Positions 12,143 to 24,034 of a DNA stretch of 54,599 bases are shown here, one piece after another. The stretch is taken from assembly GCA_032718475.1 (NCBI GenBank), contig JAUCBJ010005450.1, positions 1 through 54,599 of the forward strand. Reading direction: 5' to 3'. How positions within the stretch are numbered: the first letter of the stretch is position 1; each line of letters begins with the position of its first letter. The DNA is from Nemertoderma westbladi (taxonomy: Eukaryota > Animalia > Xenacoelomorpha). A program made the position numbers and the translations under genes. A model generated the notes under the pieces. It saw only the letters and a program-made list of their open reading frames with translations, was not told the DNA's origin and did no database searches.

Positions 12143-12797
12143 TGTGGCGGAATCCACTGGAGTTGACAGTGGTGGATTCCGACCGGTGTGGATTGTACGC
12201 GTCGTCGCGTCCGTGGGCTGCTGGGCCAACGCTGGATATATGTTAGGCTGAAGGCCGTTGAAAAGACAGAGTTAAATTGTCAGTATTAATAATCACAGCA
12301 ATTGATAATAGCACAGTCTGAATATAATAATATGCAATACAAACAGTAACGACGACGGTTAAAGCTATTCCGGTCTCACAACTGTAAGGAACTAACTAAT
12401 CTAACTACAGTATCAACTAACTAATAATCAGTAATCATAACGGTTATATCATTGACACATATTACACTCTACACCCTACACTACTGGGCGGCCTTAATAT
12501 CCAATAGATGCGCTCTTGTCCTCCCCAATGTGCTTTCCTGCCTACTATTGGCTTAACCTGATTAATACTCACCTCGCCACTCCCTGTTGGCGTTATCCCT
12601 TGGTGCTAGCCTTACTAGCTTGTTTGTCCCTCTGAGGAAGTTTGACCTCTCACCTCTCTCTGTGGCTTACGGCGTGTGTCGCCCCAGTTGGTTATGAGGT
12701 GAGATTATTATTGGTAATCTCACATCGCCAACTATATTGGTAAAATGCCACTAGTCCCATTTTTGGTGGGTAATGAACGAAATTGAATGTGCTTACA
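12143..12797 (-). repeat. 3' LTR of E2
   Basis: TG...CA termini and adjacent PPT; homologous to LTRs at 32009-32584, 39588-40201 and 46031-46618. Confidence 0.85.
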
Positions 12798-13445
12798 CTC
12801 CCCCCTATGCTATCTTCCAGGTGAGAAGATAGCATCAACCTTAAGTGCGCTTCAATTCCGCTGGAATCCAATCTAATATTGGACGTGGGGTGGAATTTTC
12901 TTCTCGGGGTCGGCTTTCCAGGCCGGCCCCCATGGGTCTGTTATCACTACCCATCCTTGGTACATCTGCTAGCTATGTTGTACCAAGGCATCTGGCGTCT
13001 CTGTTTTAGATAATTGCCCTCACTCCTCACACAATTTTTCTTCTTGGACTTTGTTGTCCCTTCCTCTTTCACCAGTCCCTTGGGATTCATCCTCCTCTAT
13101 GCTCCCCCCCCCCCACACTTGAATCTCGCACTTCTTTCACCTCCTCAACTCTAACACCTTCTCCCCATGCTTCCCCCATTCCCCGTACTCAACCCCTTTT
13201 ATTGTCACGCACCATGTCTGTGAGATCCGTCTAATGTCTCGTCCTCCTGTTCCAGTCAATTGGTCCCCGATCCTAGTAGCTACTTGGAAAAGGGTATATT
13301 TTTACTATAGTACATACATTGATTATATTGGGTATTAGTTAATTAATTTTACGTACGTACATACTAATTGCACTTAATTAATTGCACTTAGGAGTTTGTA
13401 CTGTCCCGTTCATGTGGTGCCTTCCAGGCACACTGTTCCTGAATT

Positions 13446-14179
13446 CTAGTTTGCTCCTCCCGTCTTCGGGAACCATCTGAGTTTCTTGCCCCTATCGTCA
13501 TCTTGCCTGGGCCGCTTCCTTCCTTCCTATTTATCCTTGAGGCTACTCATCGTCGCCGATACCGTCTTGCCAAGCCCCATTGTTGGTTCTTTGGGCGCAG
13601 GTGTTATCAACTCCCGGTATCGCTTCGCAGGTGGTCCCACTGAATGTCCCTCCTGCCTCCCTCTAGTAGCGTCCCACAAGATCATCTCCATCGCCCGCGG
13701 CACGTGCCCCCCAGAAAGTCCCTGAATTCGATCATATTTTCTGGTGACCATCTGTCTAGGTATCTTTGGGTGTTGATGACCCCTCCGTACGATGCCGCTG
13801 TCGCTACCTCCTGATACGTGAATGGTAGTATCCTCTTGGTGATCTCTTGGTGGGCTTCCACATTAATGTTAAAGAAGCCCCACCAGAACTCCTGGGCCTT
13901 CATCCTTTGTTGTGTCATGACTCCGACATCGGCCCACTCCTCGAAGATTCGGAACTTCTCCTCATCATCGTCCATCCAGTCGCACTGGCGCTCAAAGTGC
14001 CCTCTAAACTTGCAATTTGAACATCTGTTGTGCAACCTCGGACATGCACCCATCTTATGGCTTGACTCGCGACAGTAGAGACACGCCATCCCCTTCTGGA
14101 AACGGTATAGACAGTTCTTTTGCTGATGGGTTAGTCTCCCACAGTAATCGCAACCGTGTACTATTGTGTCCCGCCCCAA
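13446..14179 (-). pseudogene. Extra ORF3 of E2, C-terminal part (frameshifted): three CCHC zinc knuckles and a basic tail
   Basis: CDYCGRLTHQQKNC, CLYCRESSHKMGAC and CSNCKFRGHFERQC. It overlaps the upstream ORF in the -1 frame; a second shift near 13710 and one stop (13527) extend it to 13446. Confidence 0.7.
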
Positions 14180-16074
14180 GTCGTCCTTGGCTCCGCGTGG
14201 CCTCCTGGGTCTATGGAGCCGCTGGTCATCTGGACGCTGTCCTCCCTACCCAAGTCGATGTCCACCTCCACCCTCGGCATTGTTTCTCCAAACACTACCC
14301 GTGGTGCTGTTCCCGGTTGCTCGCCCAACCTGATCGTACTCGCCGCAAAGTCCATTGCCGGCTCCCCATGCTCCCAGGTCCACTTACCGGGTTTCTCCCA
14401 GAAGGCTCTCGCCCCGCTGGCCGTCACCACCCTCCCATCCACCCAGTCCGTATCTGAGTGGCCGATCCTCACTATCAGTGGCATCGCCCCGAACTCGTCC
14501 TCCTCCTCTTCCCCTGCTGGGACCGCAATCCTCTCTATCAGCGGCATTGCCCCGAACTCGTCTTCTTCCTCCCCTGCCGGGAGCGGATCCGAACCCGGTA
14601 GCACAGTTGATCCAATGTGTCCCTTTCCACCCTGGTATCCGCCCATAGCCTTCCACCCTTCTACCTCCCTCGGTCTCTTCCTCCCAATGTCGCCCTCAGA
14701 GCCCACTGGTACGGGCATTCCTTGCAACCCCGATGTTGACTGTCTTGGCGTTTCTTCCATCCAACCCAGTTCGTCTTCCAGCCAAAACTCGTCTGAGGTC
14801 TCTGATCCCCACTTCTCTTCCAAGAGTTGGGCTTCGAACTCATCCTCTCCCCTTATATCCGCTTCTCTGTCCGCTGCCTCCCTTCTCTTTCTCCTGGCGA
14901 CCTCCTCTAGTCTCCTTTCCTCAACCCTATCCGCCTCCAGTTTCCTCCATCGCTTGTACGGTGTGTCTACATCTCTGTCTAGAAGGTGTCGGGTATCGAA
15001 AAATACTGACTCGCCCTTCATCCCCGGGTGGTCTACAAGACCTTTGAAGGCCACCTTAAAGGCTCTCCTGTGATTCAGAGGTGCTCCTGATAGTAGAAAC
15101 GCCGTCGGCTCCCTCCCGAAGATCACTGTAATGAATAGGTTTAATAAACCTATCATTATCCAATCCTCCTGTAAGATATATCTCTTCTGATATATCTTTA
15201 TCGCTCCCCTCCGGAACTGATACACTTCCTGCTTTCCTGGCCTCGCTCCCCACTTCAGCGAGTTCGCAAGTTCCGAACCCCGAGTCCGAGTCCGGAACTT
15301 GTTCCAGTCCATTGGCTTGTGGCAGATGAGTCCCATCAGTTGGCCCATCGCCACGGCTCCGCAATGTCCCGTGTTCTCCACCAATCCCAATCCCTCTGGT
15401 CTCGTCATAGCCATATAGACTACCTGCATGTCCAGGAGATTGGAGGTGTCCGGTCCAATGATCTTATCCGCGTCATCGCAGATCGCCGATCCCACCTTGA
15501 TCGTAGTTTTCTGTCTCACTAGGTCCTGCACCGCCCTCAGCAACCGGTTTAACTTCGGCCCGCTCTTCTTCCCATAGGTCCCCAGGTCGAATAGAAAGAT
15601 ATCTCCGTTCGGCGCTGCCAAATGCAGCAATATAGTTCTAGCCGATCCTGCCAACCCCCTTCTCGAGCCCTCGTCATCCTCCACAGTCCCTTTGTCGTCT
15701 AGGACCATGTATCCGCCCCTCTCCACGGAATCTACACATCTCCTCCACTCCTTCCTCGGTGGTTCCCTCTCCCTCGGATACTTCAGTATCCCAAATGTCG
15801 CCTCGTCTCCCTTCACAACGTACTGAAGATGCTCGTGGATCGCGTTGTCCAACGACGGCGTCCCGTAGGTCCCGACCAGTCGTCGCTCGTGCATCTCCCT
15901 AAACTGGTCCTGTAGCGCGTGCGCCCAGTGACCCTTTGGGAGTAGTTTGTAGTATCCCTTCGTCTTCTCCTCCAGATGCCTCTGCGTGAAGTCCACTAGC
16001 AACTCTTTTCCAGTCTTCTCCGACTTTCTCTTCTTTACTAATTTCTCCGCCATCACGAATCCATGCGCTCTCAT
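14161..16074 (-). CDS. Extra ORF3 of E2, N-terminal part: DnaQ/DEDDy-like 3'-5' exonuclease domain (RNase D/WRN/EXD-like), then charged coiled coil and acidic repeats
   Basis: Ordered motifs MVLDDKG, LLHLAAPNGDIFLFDL, LVRQKTTIKVGSAICDDADKI, NLLDMQVVY, KWGARP, QKRYILQED follow the WRN/EXD/Mut-7 exonuclease pattern. Confidence 0.72.
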   Translation of the reverse strand: MRAHGFVMAEKLVKKRKSEKTGKELLVDFTQRHLEEKTKGYYKLLPKGHWAHALQDQFREMHERRLVGTYGTPSLDNAIHEHLQYVVKGDEATFGILKYPREREPPRKEWRRCVDSVERGGYMVLDDKGTVEDDEGSRRGLAGSARTILLHLAAPNGDIFLFDLGTYGKKSGPKLNRLLRAVQDLVRQKTTIKVGSAICDDADKIIGPDTSNLLDMQVVYMAMTRPEGLGLVENTGHCGAVAMGQLMGLICHKPMDWNKFRTRTRGSELANSLKWGARPGKQEVYQFRRGAIKIYQKRYILQEDWIMIGLLNLFITVIFGREPTAFLLSGAPLNHRRAFKVAFKGLVDHPGMKGESVFFDTRHLLDRDVDTPYKRWRKLEADRVEERRLEEVARRKRREAADREADIRGEDEFEAQLLEEKWGSETSDEFWLEDELGWMEETPRQSTSGLQGMPVPVGSEGDIGRKRPREVEGWKAMGGYQGGKGHIGSTVLPGSDPLPAGEEEDEFGAMPLIERIAVPAGEEEEDEFGAMPLIVRIGHSDTDWVDGRVVTASGARAFWEKPGKWTWEHGEPAMDFAASTIRLGEQPGTAPRVVFGETMPRVEVDIDLGREDSVQMTSGSIDPGGHAEPRTTWGGTQ

Positions 16075-16404
16075 CCAACTGGTGGGGCCTTACATAGGCT
16101 CAGTTTAAGTGAGAGGGTCGTCAAACAGGATGTTAATCGTTCCGATCAGTGATAGCCTACCTCATATATTTCGTTTTTGGTATATTTTGTACAAATATAC
16201 CCCCTAAGTGTCAATTCGCCCTAAATTTGTAATTTTTGTCCATTGCTTTTATTAATTATTCTAGAATTTCCTCCCACCAGTTGCCATAATTTGTTAATTT
16301 TCTAATTTTGTCATTATTTACCAATACCCTACGTCTGTACTACGGGCTGTGCGGTACAGTAGTCTATTTCGTGCGGCCTACACGGTCTATCCTACTGTGC
16401 CCAC

Positions 16405-16885
16405 ATGTCCCCCCCTTTACCCTCACGTGGCGCCCTTAATGCCCACAAGTTTTACGGTACTGTGTACCCTTCTACTACGGTATGCGTACATAACATACCC
16501 CCCAATTCCTCACGTAGCGCCCTCAGTGCCCACAAGTTCTACGGTACTGTGTACCATTCTACTACGGTAGGGTATGCATATATACCCCCCAATTCCTCAC
16601 GTGGCGCCCTCAGTGCCCACAAGTTATACGGTACTGTGTACCCTTCTACTACGGTATGCGTACATACCCCCCAATTCCTCACGTGGCGCCCTCAGTGCCC
16701 ACAAGTTTTACGGTACTGTGTACCCTTCTACTACGGTATGCGTACATACCCCCCAATTCCTCACGTGGCGCCCTCAGTGCCCACAAGTTTTACGGTACTG
16801 TGTACCCTTCTACTACGGTATGCGTACATACACCCCAATTCCTCACGTGGCGCCCTCAGTGCCCACAAGTCTTGCGGTACTGTAA
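16405..16885. repeat. Tandem array, about 6 units of 82-87 bp, between pol and ORF3
   Basis: aattcctcacgt recurs at 16504, 16591, 16673, 16755 and 16837. Confidence 0.95.
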
Positions 16886-17136
16886 ATTAGGTAGGCCTAC
16901 GTTGGTACATTATTGTACCCGTCCGACGTACATAATTGTAACTACCTACACTGTATATTATGTACGTTGGTACATCTGTACCCATCAGACATACATAATA
17001 TCTACTATCTACCTACAGCGTACCTTGGTACTAACTACTTATTTTATTATTTTGCTTATTTTTATTTTTATGTGTGGGAAGGGCGTCTCGCCCTCATTCC
17101 CACCCCCCTCAGTCCAATATATTGGACGACTCAACT

Positions 17137-18144
17137 CTAAGGCGACCCTTCCAATAGGCAACACTTTCCTACCGCCCTCCTGTAGGTCTTCCTATCTTTG
17201 GCCCCTATCTTTCCTCCGATCCTCACTTCCACGGATCTAATTCTTCCATCCTCGTCGGGGTAGGTTTCTACTACCCTAGCTAGTCTCCACTGGTTATTGA
17301 TAATTGTGTCATCCGTGACGATTATCAGGTCACCCTTCTTTAGCTCCCTTTGACTGTTCCTCCATTTACTCCTTTTGTGTAGTGTTGGAAGGTACTCTTG
17401 TATCCACCTTGTCCAATACTCTGCGCTTATTGCCTTAGCGACCTTCCAGCTTTGACGTGAATGCATATCGTCTGGATCCACGCTCCTCATGTCAATCGTC
17501 GCTGGTCTCTCCATAAGTAGGTGTGCTGGTGTAAGGACGTCCAGTGATTCTGGGTCGTCGTTCTCGGGGTATAGCAGTGGGCTATTAATAATCCCCTCAT
17601 ATTTAGCCAACACTGTCCTCAATACGTCCTCCGTGATCCATATGATAATTCATCAGTTTGGTCATTAGTCGTTTGGAGCTTCCCACAAGTCGCTCTACAA
17701 ATCCTAGTGTGTGTGGCGCGTATGGTGTTCTCCTTTCCCACCTTATTAGGTGTTTCCTCATCGCCGCCCTGACATCTTCTCCCTCCAGGATGTCAAGGGC
17801 CTCCGCTAACTCGTTCTCCGCGCCCACGAAGTTACTCCCGTTGTCTGAGTATAATACCTCGACTGTCCCTCCCCTGCGGGTTACAAACCTCTCAAGTGCA
17901 TTAATAAATGCTGACGCCGTAGCGTCCTGGGCTAGTTCTATCCCCACCGCCCTCGTATTATTGCAGACGAAGATAATGCCGTAGCGTTTCTCCGTATGCC
18001 GCATCACCTTTATCTTAATCGGCCCAAACATGTCCACGCCGCAGTGTGTGAATGGTGGGTCGTGATGCCTCACCCTGTTGGCCGGTAATGGCGCCTTCTC
18101 CTGTACAGCCCTCTCCTTCTTCGTCCGTCGGCAGGTCTGGCACT
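17137..18144 (-). pseudogene. BEL/Pao integrase core plus DUF5641 (frameshifted)
   Basis: PFTHCGVDMFGP, YSDNGSNFVG, GFVERLV; then LTPAHLL, YWTRWIQEYLPTL, WRLARVVETYPDEDGRIRSVEV, RRAVGKCCLLE. Confidence 0.92.
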
Positions 18145-18450
18145 AAGCAACAACTCCTTCATCAAGACAGCGAGCTCAACGCGCTGTCGCCACAATTGGA
18201 CGATGACGGGATCCTGGTCATGAACTCCAGGGTGGTAAACAACAACAGCCCAGTCATTCCACCGAAACCGATAATAATCCCCAATAAGTCACCAATAGTC
18301 AACCAGATCATATGGGATTCCCATAAATCTATACTACATGGGGGTACTAAGCAGACCCTGACCGAAATCCGGAAAACATTATGGGTAATCCAACTCAGAA
18401 AGATGGTGAAGGCGGCAGTGGGGCAGTGCCAGACGTGCCGACGGACAGAC
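18143..18450 (+). pseudogene. Inverted segment encoding the integrase HHCC zinc-binding domain of E2
   Basis: LSPQLDDDGIL...DSHKSILHGGTKQTLTEIRKTLW...CQTCRR reads on +, opposite to the flanking pol sequence. Confidence 0.88.
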
Positions 18451-18475
18451 GGGGACGAAGTGAACCGAGTTAGCA

Positions 18476-18987
18476 TGCTGACTCGGTTCACTTCGACCCC
18501 GTACCCCTTCATTTGCTCGTATCGTATCACGGCTTTAGCCGCCCCTTCCAGATCGATGGTGGGTCTCGTTTTGGTATCCTTACCAACTCCCCTGAGGAAA
18601 TCTCCGTAGGCCCTCAGATATGCTACCAGTTTCTTAGTCTTATACCAGCCGGAGCTGTAACTGAGCAACATATCTGTTGGGCTGTCGCACGACTCTCTCG
18701 GTTTTAGTTGCGGTGGCGCCTCCTTAATCTCCCTCGCCAATTGGCTGTTTATTTCCTCACCCTCCGATTCCTCTCCCTCCTCCTCTACTGTTACTTCCTC
18801 TGTACCTGGGTCTACCTTCCTCATTGGTGGCCAGCTCGACCTATCGTTAAGGAAGTGCGGCCCATGCTGCCACAACTCATGCTTTCTCGAGAAAGCGTGG
18901 CGTACAATGCCCCTCGATAGCAGATCTGCTGGATTGTCGTCGGTTGGGCAGTAGTGCCACTTTTCCAGATCGGTCGTTGCCCTTGTC
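18476..18987 (-). pseudogene. BEL/Pao RNase H C-terminus and linker (continues from 22028-22187)
   Basis: [18 protein letters not shown]...LWQHGPHFL; joins across the LINE to the upstream RNase H piece. Confidence 0.85.
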
Positions 18988-21691
18988 GCACAGACACGGT
19001 GGTGGTGTCTGTACTTACATTCGATGTGATTTAGCTTTTAATCGTAGGGAAGATTTAGAGACTTGTGACGAAGTTTTACTGGTGGAACTTTTACTTCCTA
19101 AAACTAAACCTATTTTAATCGGTACTTTATATCGGCCCCCTAAACAATCAGATTTTTTGCAAAATTTTGAAAATACAATTTTATGTAATCTTAGGTCAGA
19201 CTGTGAAATATATTTCTTAGGTGATTTTAATATCTGTTACCATCACAAAGCATCCCCCATCTGTAAACAGTACCAAAGTATTTTAAATTTGTTTGGTTTA
19301 AAACAAATTATTCGAGATTCTACCAGAATTACCAGTAAAACTTCTACTTTACTAGATCACATCCTTTGTAATAATACCGATATTATTTCTCAATCTGGGG
19401 TTTTACCTATAGGTCTAAGCGATCATTTTATAGTTTTTTGCACAAGAAAGACACAAAAATCTTTTTTCGGGGATCATAAAACAGTAACAGTTAGGTCTAT
19501 GAAAAATTACAGCAAGGAACGCTTTTTAAGTTTGTTAGTTAATTCTGACTGGGAACCCTGTTTTAAGGCCGCTGACATTAACCTTGCGTACACTGTTTTT
19601 AAAGATATATTTTTAAAGGCACTTAATACTGTAGCACCAATTAAAGAAATTAGTCTTAAACAACGCACTGAGCCCTGGATGACCTCGGGTATTCTTAGTA
19701 ATATCAGAGAAAGAGATAACTATTTGTATAAATTTAGGAAATACCGTGTTTTAGCTGATTATAATAATTACTGCAAATATAGAAACCTTGTCCAACGGGA
19801 AATAAAAAAAGCTAAATCTGAATATTTGTACAACAAAATAAGTGAGAATAAAGATAATCCAAAAAGTCTATGGTCTACCCTAAAATCTTTAGGTTATAAA
19901 AACCTTAAATCTAAATCGAATATTGTTCTGCAAGATAACGGTGAGCTGATTCATGATCATACTCTAGTTAGTAATTTATTTAATAATTTTTTTACTAGTG
20001 TTGCCTCTAATTTAGTTAAGAAATTACCGTTATCAAGTAATAAATATAGTATAGGGTCCGAAACTCTAAATAATTTTTATTTAGAAAAGTTACAAAATTC
20101 AGAAAAGTTATTTTTAAAACCCGTTTCTGAGGATTTCGTTTTCCAAAATCTACTTAGCCTATCAGCCTCAAAAAGTACCGGTCTAGATCTAATACCTGCC
20201 CGTTTTCTTAAGGATGGTGCTGTAGTACTTAAAGTGCCTATTACTTTTATTATTAATTACTCTATCGTAGATAATGTAGTACCAGACGAACTGAAATTAG
20301 CTAAGGTTGTTCCTCTGTATAAAAAGAATAGTAAAGTAGAACCCTGTAATTACAGACCTGTTAGTATCTTAAGTATTGTATCTAAAATTCTAGAACGTTC
20401 TGTTTTTCTACAGCTGGAGGCACATCTTAGTAGGCTAAATCTGATCTATGAACTTCAGTCCGGTTTTCGTAAATCATATTCTACAGACACCTGCCTTATT
20501 AACTTAACTGATACAATTAGATGTAATAACGCAAAGGGTTTATATACTGGTATGGTAATGTTGGACCTACAAAAGGCTTTCGATACTGTAGATCACGAAA
20601 TTCTGCTTGGTAAGTTAGGCCTGATGGGTGTAGGTTCTATAGACTGGTTCAAGTCCTACCTGTCAGACAGAGGTCAAACTGTAGTCATTAGCAAATCGCT
20701 GTCTACTGTACAAGAGATTACCTGTGGTGTACCGCAAGGTAGTATATTAGGTCCTCTGCTTTTTGTATGCTATGTAAATGATATGATAAGTAGTATAGAT
20801 CCCGATTTTAAACTCATTTTATATGCCGACGACAGTGCTCTTATTTTCTCTCATAAAGATCCTATCCATATTTCCCAAAAGTTAAGTGCAGTTCTAGAAT
20901 CTTGTAATGAGTGGTTGGTTGATAATAAGCTATCCATTCACTACGGTAAAACTGAAAGTATTTTGTTTGGTTCCAAAAGAAAGTTAAAGAAGGTAACTAA
21001 GTTTGAAGTCACTAGTAATGGACATAAGATTGAAAATAAAAAGGAAGTTAAATATTTAGGCGCCACATTGGATAACTGCTTATCAGGAGAAAGCACAGTG
21101 AAAAATATTTTCTCGAAAGTTAACAGTAGGCTTAGGTTTCTATACAGAAATAAAAATAGTTTAAACACCGACTCCCGCAAGTTACTTTGCTCTTCTTTAA
21201 TACAGTGTCACATGGACTATGCGTGCTCTTCTTGGTATGAAGGCTTAACCAAACAGCTTAAATGTAAATTACAAGTAGCTCAGAATAAAGTAGTACGATT
21301 TATGAAAGACTACAAACCTAGGCACCACCTAACTCCAGATGACTTTTCTGAATCTGGACTACTTAACTTAGATAGTAGAGTTAAGCAGCTACGCCTTAAC
21401 CATGTGCATAAAGTGTATAATGGTAAATGTCCCAATTACCTAAAACAAAAATTCAACAGAGTACGCGATACACACTCTTACAGTACCAGAGCTAGTGCTT
21501 CAAACTTCTACCTCCCGAATTGTAAATCCTTTGAATCTGATACTTTCTTTTTTAACGGCATAAAAAATTGGAACGCTCTGCCTAATGAAATTAAAAACCT
21601 AAATAATCAACATTCTTTTAAATCTGCAGTTAAATCTCATCTCCGTGTGCAATGTAAAAATAGGTACAATAGTCCTACAGTAAGTTATTAG
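18944..21691 (+). CDS. LINE ORF2: truncated AP endonuclease plus reverse transcriptase (first ~15 codons are flanking host sequence)
   Basis: HGGGV, YRPP, GDFN, LDHI, SDH; [49 protein letters not shown]. Confidence 0.93.
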   Translation: MGSSATFPDRSLPLSHRHGGGVCTYIRCDLAFNRREDLETCDEVLLVELLLPKTKPILIGTLYRPPKQSDFLQNFENTILCNLRSDCEIYFLGDFNICYHHKASPICKQYQSILNLFGLKQIIRDSTRITSKTSTLLDHILCNNTDIISQSGVLPIGLSDHFIVFCTRKTQKSFFGDHKTVTVRSMKNYSKERFLSLLVNSDWEPCFKAADINLAYTVFKDIFLKALNTVAPIKEISLKQRTEPWMTSGILSNIRERDNYLYKFRKYRVLADYNNYCKYRNLVQREIKKAKSEYLYNKISENKDNPKSLWSTLKSLGYKNLKSKSNIVLQDNGELIHDHTLVSNLFNNFFTSVASNLVKKLPLSSNKYSIGSETLNNFYLEKLQNSEKLFLKPVSEDFVFQNLLSLSASKSTGLDLIPARFLKDGAVVLKVPITFIINYSIVDNVVPDELKLAKVVPLYKKNSKVEPCNYRPVSILSIVSKILERSVFLQLEAHLSRLNLIYELQSGFRKSYSTDTCLINLTDTIRCNNAKGLYTGMVMLDLQKAFDTVDHEILLGKLGLMGVGSIDWFKSYLSDRGQTVVISKSLSTVQEITCGVPQGSILGPLLFVCYVNDMISSIDPDFKLILYADDSALIFSHKDPIHISQKLSAVLESCNEWLVDNKLSIHYGKTESILFGSKRKLKKVTKFEVTSNGHKIENKKEVKYLGATLDNCLSGESTVKNIFSKVNSRLRFLYRNKNSLNTDSRKLLCSSLIQCHMDYACSSWYEGLTKQLKCKLQVAQNKVVRFMKDYKPRHHLTPDDFSESGLLNLDSRVKQLRLNHVHKVYNGKCPNYLKQKFNRVRDTHSYSTRASASNFYLPNCKSFESDTFFFNGIKNWNALPNEIKNLNNQHSFKSAVKSHLRVQCKNRYNSPTVSY

Positions 21692-22027
21692 TTTATTAAT
21701 TATTTACTATTTATACTGTAATTACGTTTTATATTAAATTGTTCTGTACATTACATCTTTATCGTTGAGTCGGGCATTGTCACGCTCTCGGTAAAGTTGT
21801 ACATGTACATATTGTAATTACGTTTTATATTGGTTTTAGGTTAGCGTAGTGTAATATTGTATTTGTAACCAAGTAACATAAAGGACCCCCTTGGAAATAA
21901 GCTGCAAAGCTTTAGGGGTAATCCTATATGTTATGTTGGACAATACCTTTATACCGGTACATTGTTTGGTGTATTTGTTATTGTTTTTACATAATGTATA
22001 AATAAATCTATCTATCTATCCATCTAT
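18988..22027 (+). mobile_element. 5'-truncated CR1-group LINE (Crack/Daphne/L2-like) inserted in E2 RNase H
   Basis: Uninterrupted ORF2; 3' UTR with AATAAA and a (TCTA)n tail; possible imperfect TSD cttgtc/cttatc; host pol is contiguous across the insertion. Confidence 0.9.
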
Positions 22028-22187
22028 CTTATCTCGTCCACCCTGTACGCCACAAATATAGGGTAACGTGTCTTCTCGTTATGTAGCCACCCTAACACTA
22101 CCATGGAATCTGTCCAGTAGTGTGTCTCTACTATACTTGGTATAGTGTCCACCAAATATGCTGTCGCCCTTACTCCTAGTACTTGCG
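22028..22187 (-). pseudogene. E2 RNase H fragment upstream of the LINE insertion
   Basis: VLGVRATAYL...HYWTDSMVVLGWLHNEKTRYPIFVAYRVDEI. Confidence 0.8.
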
Positions 22188-23971
22188 GTGTTTTGTCATT
22201 GTGACATTTGTTTTTGCATTGTATCGAATGTAATTACATCCAGGTTGTACAATGGAAAAACACTTTAAGTACAAAAAATAATCCTGAAGTCAAAATATTA
22301 ATGGAAAGTGAAAAATAATCAGGTAGTAAGATTTCCCACCCCCGTAGGGTTGTAAACAATTAGTAATTTACGGACATTTTAAACTAACAATCTGATGGCA
22401 AACAGTAATTTGCGTTTTACTCTAAATGACTTTTTGTGACTTGCGTTGTTTTCACATTGCACAGCTCAGTATAGGCCTATATTCCATAGGTTATAAGATC
22501 CCCCCCCCCCCCTCCCAGCACCCTGAGCAGTGAGCATGAGCACCTCTCAACAATCCTGAGTATTCCGGCAATTAGAAACAAAAATGAAGTTTATATTATA
22601 TAATATAAATAAGCAAAATTTTTCTACCAACCAATTTAATTTAATTTACTATAAACTAAATCTATAATTCGGTACACTGAACTGCAAAGAACATACTGAT
22701 ACTACATATAAATCTAAGCAAATGGAAATATCACATGCAGAAACACCAAAAATACGTGTATGTTTCATTAAATTTTGGTCACTATGAAAATATTAGATCG
22801 TAAAACCCGAGGATAGCAGCAAATATTGGGGTACCTGCTATCTAATTAATTAATCAATTCAAAATAGTTAAAGGTTAGGATAATTAATAATTTAAATTAA
22901 TTTTAAAGCATAATATACACTTTCACTTAGTTTTTATATTAATCATTTTATGAACAAACTGTAAGGCTGTGGGTATAGGAATATATGTTCAGCTCATTTA
23001 TTCAACAGACGTTCAGTAAAAGGCACATCATGAACAGTTCCGCGCCGGTTGTTTCCACACGATTTGTCTCTACAACAGATAAAGATGCCACATATATTCC
23101 GAGTGCCATGACGTTCCATATTTTACACCTTCCATCTTTATTATTGTGGTAGACTAAGTGGTACCAGTATGTGACAATGGCGAGGGTAAGATACTGGAAG
23201 TTGGACAATGTCAGCCTCTATGTGTGTGTGACGTGGGACATATATCATAATATGTGTGTCGGAAGTCAATAATTATGGCATCGAACTCACACAATAACAC
23301 GGACATTTGGAGGTCAGCCCTGGTATTATTGTAGCTGTTCACTTGTGTCATCCAGTTCTACAGTACAACACTCCAGACCCGTAACCTTACGTCAACTTCC
23401 AGCAATGCTGCAAAAGTGAACGTCTGAACAAATCCTATATCATTTATAGCATTTATCTATTGACCTTGAGTGGATGATAGCCATTGTATACAGTTACGGC
23501 TTTTGGTGAAAAATATATCGAGTAAAAATGTTAGAAAACATAATGCCGAAGATTGTTAACCGCTTATCTTGTTGTACTAACTGCAATGAATTGAATAAAA
23601 TAGATATTAAACTGAATATATTCCTAAACAACACTAAAGCGATTAATTGAACGTTCAGAACTCAGTTGACATGATATAACAAAAATACGCACTGCATGAA
23701 AGCGTTTCAGTGTGAAAGGCCCTCGTTTATTTACGTAAATCTTCCTCGCTACGCTCGCGTCATAACGCTGAAAAGTATCAATGATGAAAATAGTTATTAT
23801 GGGTAACCAATTTAAACTGCACTGCACTGCACATTAGCATCACATTTTAAATAACCAAAACACAGAATAATTAATAGATCAGAACCAACGCTATTGAAAT
23901 CAAATAATAAGGGACGTTAAACATTGTTTGTAAATTAATATATCGACTATCGACTCGAGTACAACATGGCC

Positions 23972-24034
23972 GGCTAGGGGGCATACATAGGCATAGGCTA
24001 GGGGGCATACATAGGCATAGGCTAGGGGGCATAC
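23972..24034. repeat. 24-bp minisatellite, about 2.6 copies
   Basis: ggctagggggcatacataggcata repeated. Confidence 0.85.

Larger units (their letters stand above)
12143..22187 (-). mobile_element. BEL/Pao element E2: 5'-truncated (no gag, RT or 5' LTR), with RNase H-integrase, an extra exonuclease ORF and a nested LINE
   Basis: 3' LTR 12143-12797, PPT GGGGGGAG at 12798-12805, DUF5641 and integrase core, RNase H motifs on both sides of the LINE. Confidence 0.88.

Noticed and set aside
14156-15073. 305-aa Ser/Pro-rich ORF on +
   Set aside because: Antisense shadow of the purine-rich ORF3; no independent motifs.
16405-16885. CRISPR-like array
   Set aside because: Units repeat along their whole length with no unique spacers, the context is eukaryotic, and no cas genes are present. 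The overlapping + strand ORFs are repeat artefacts.
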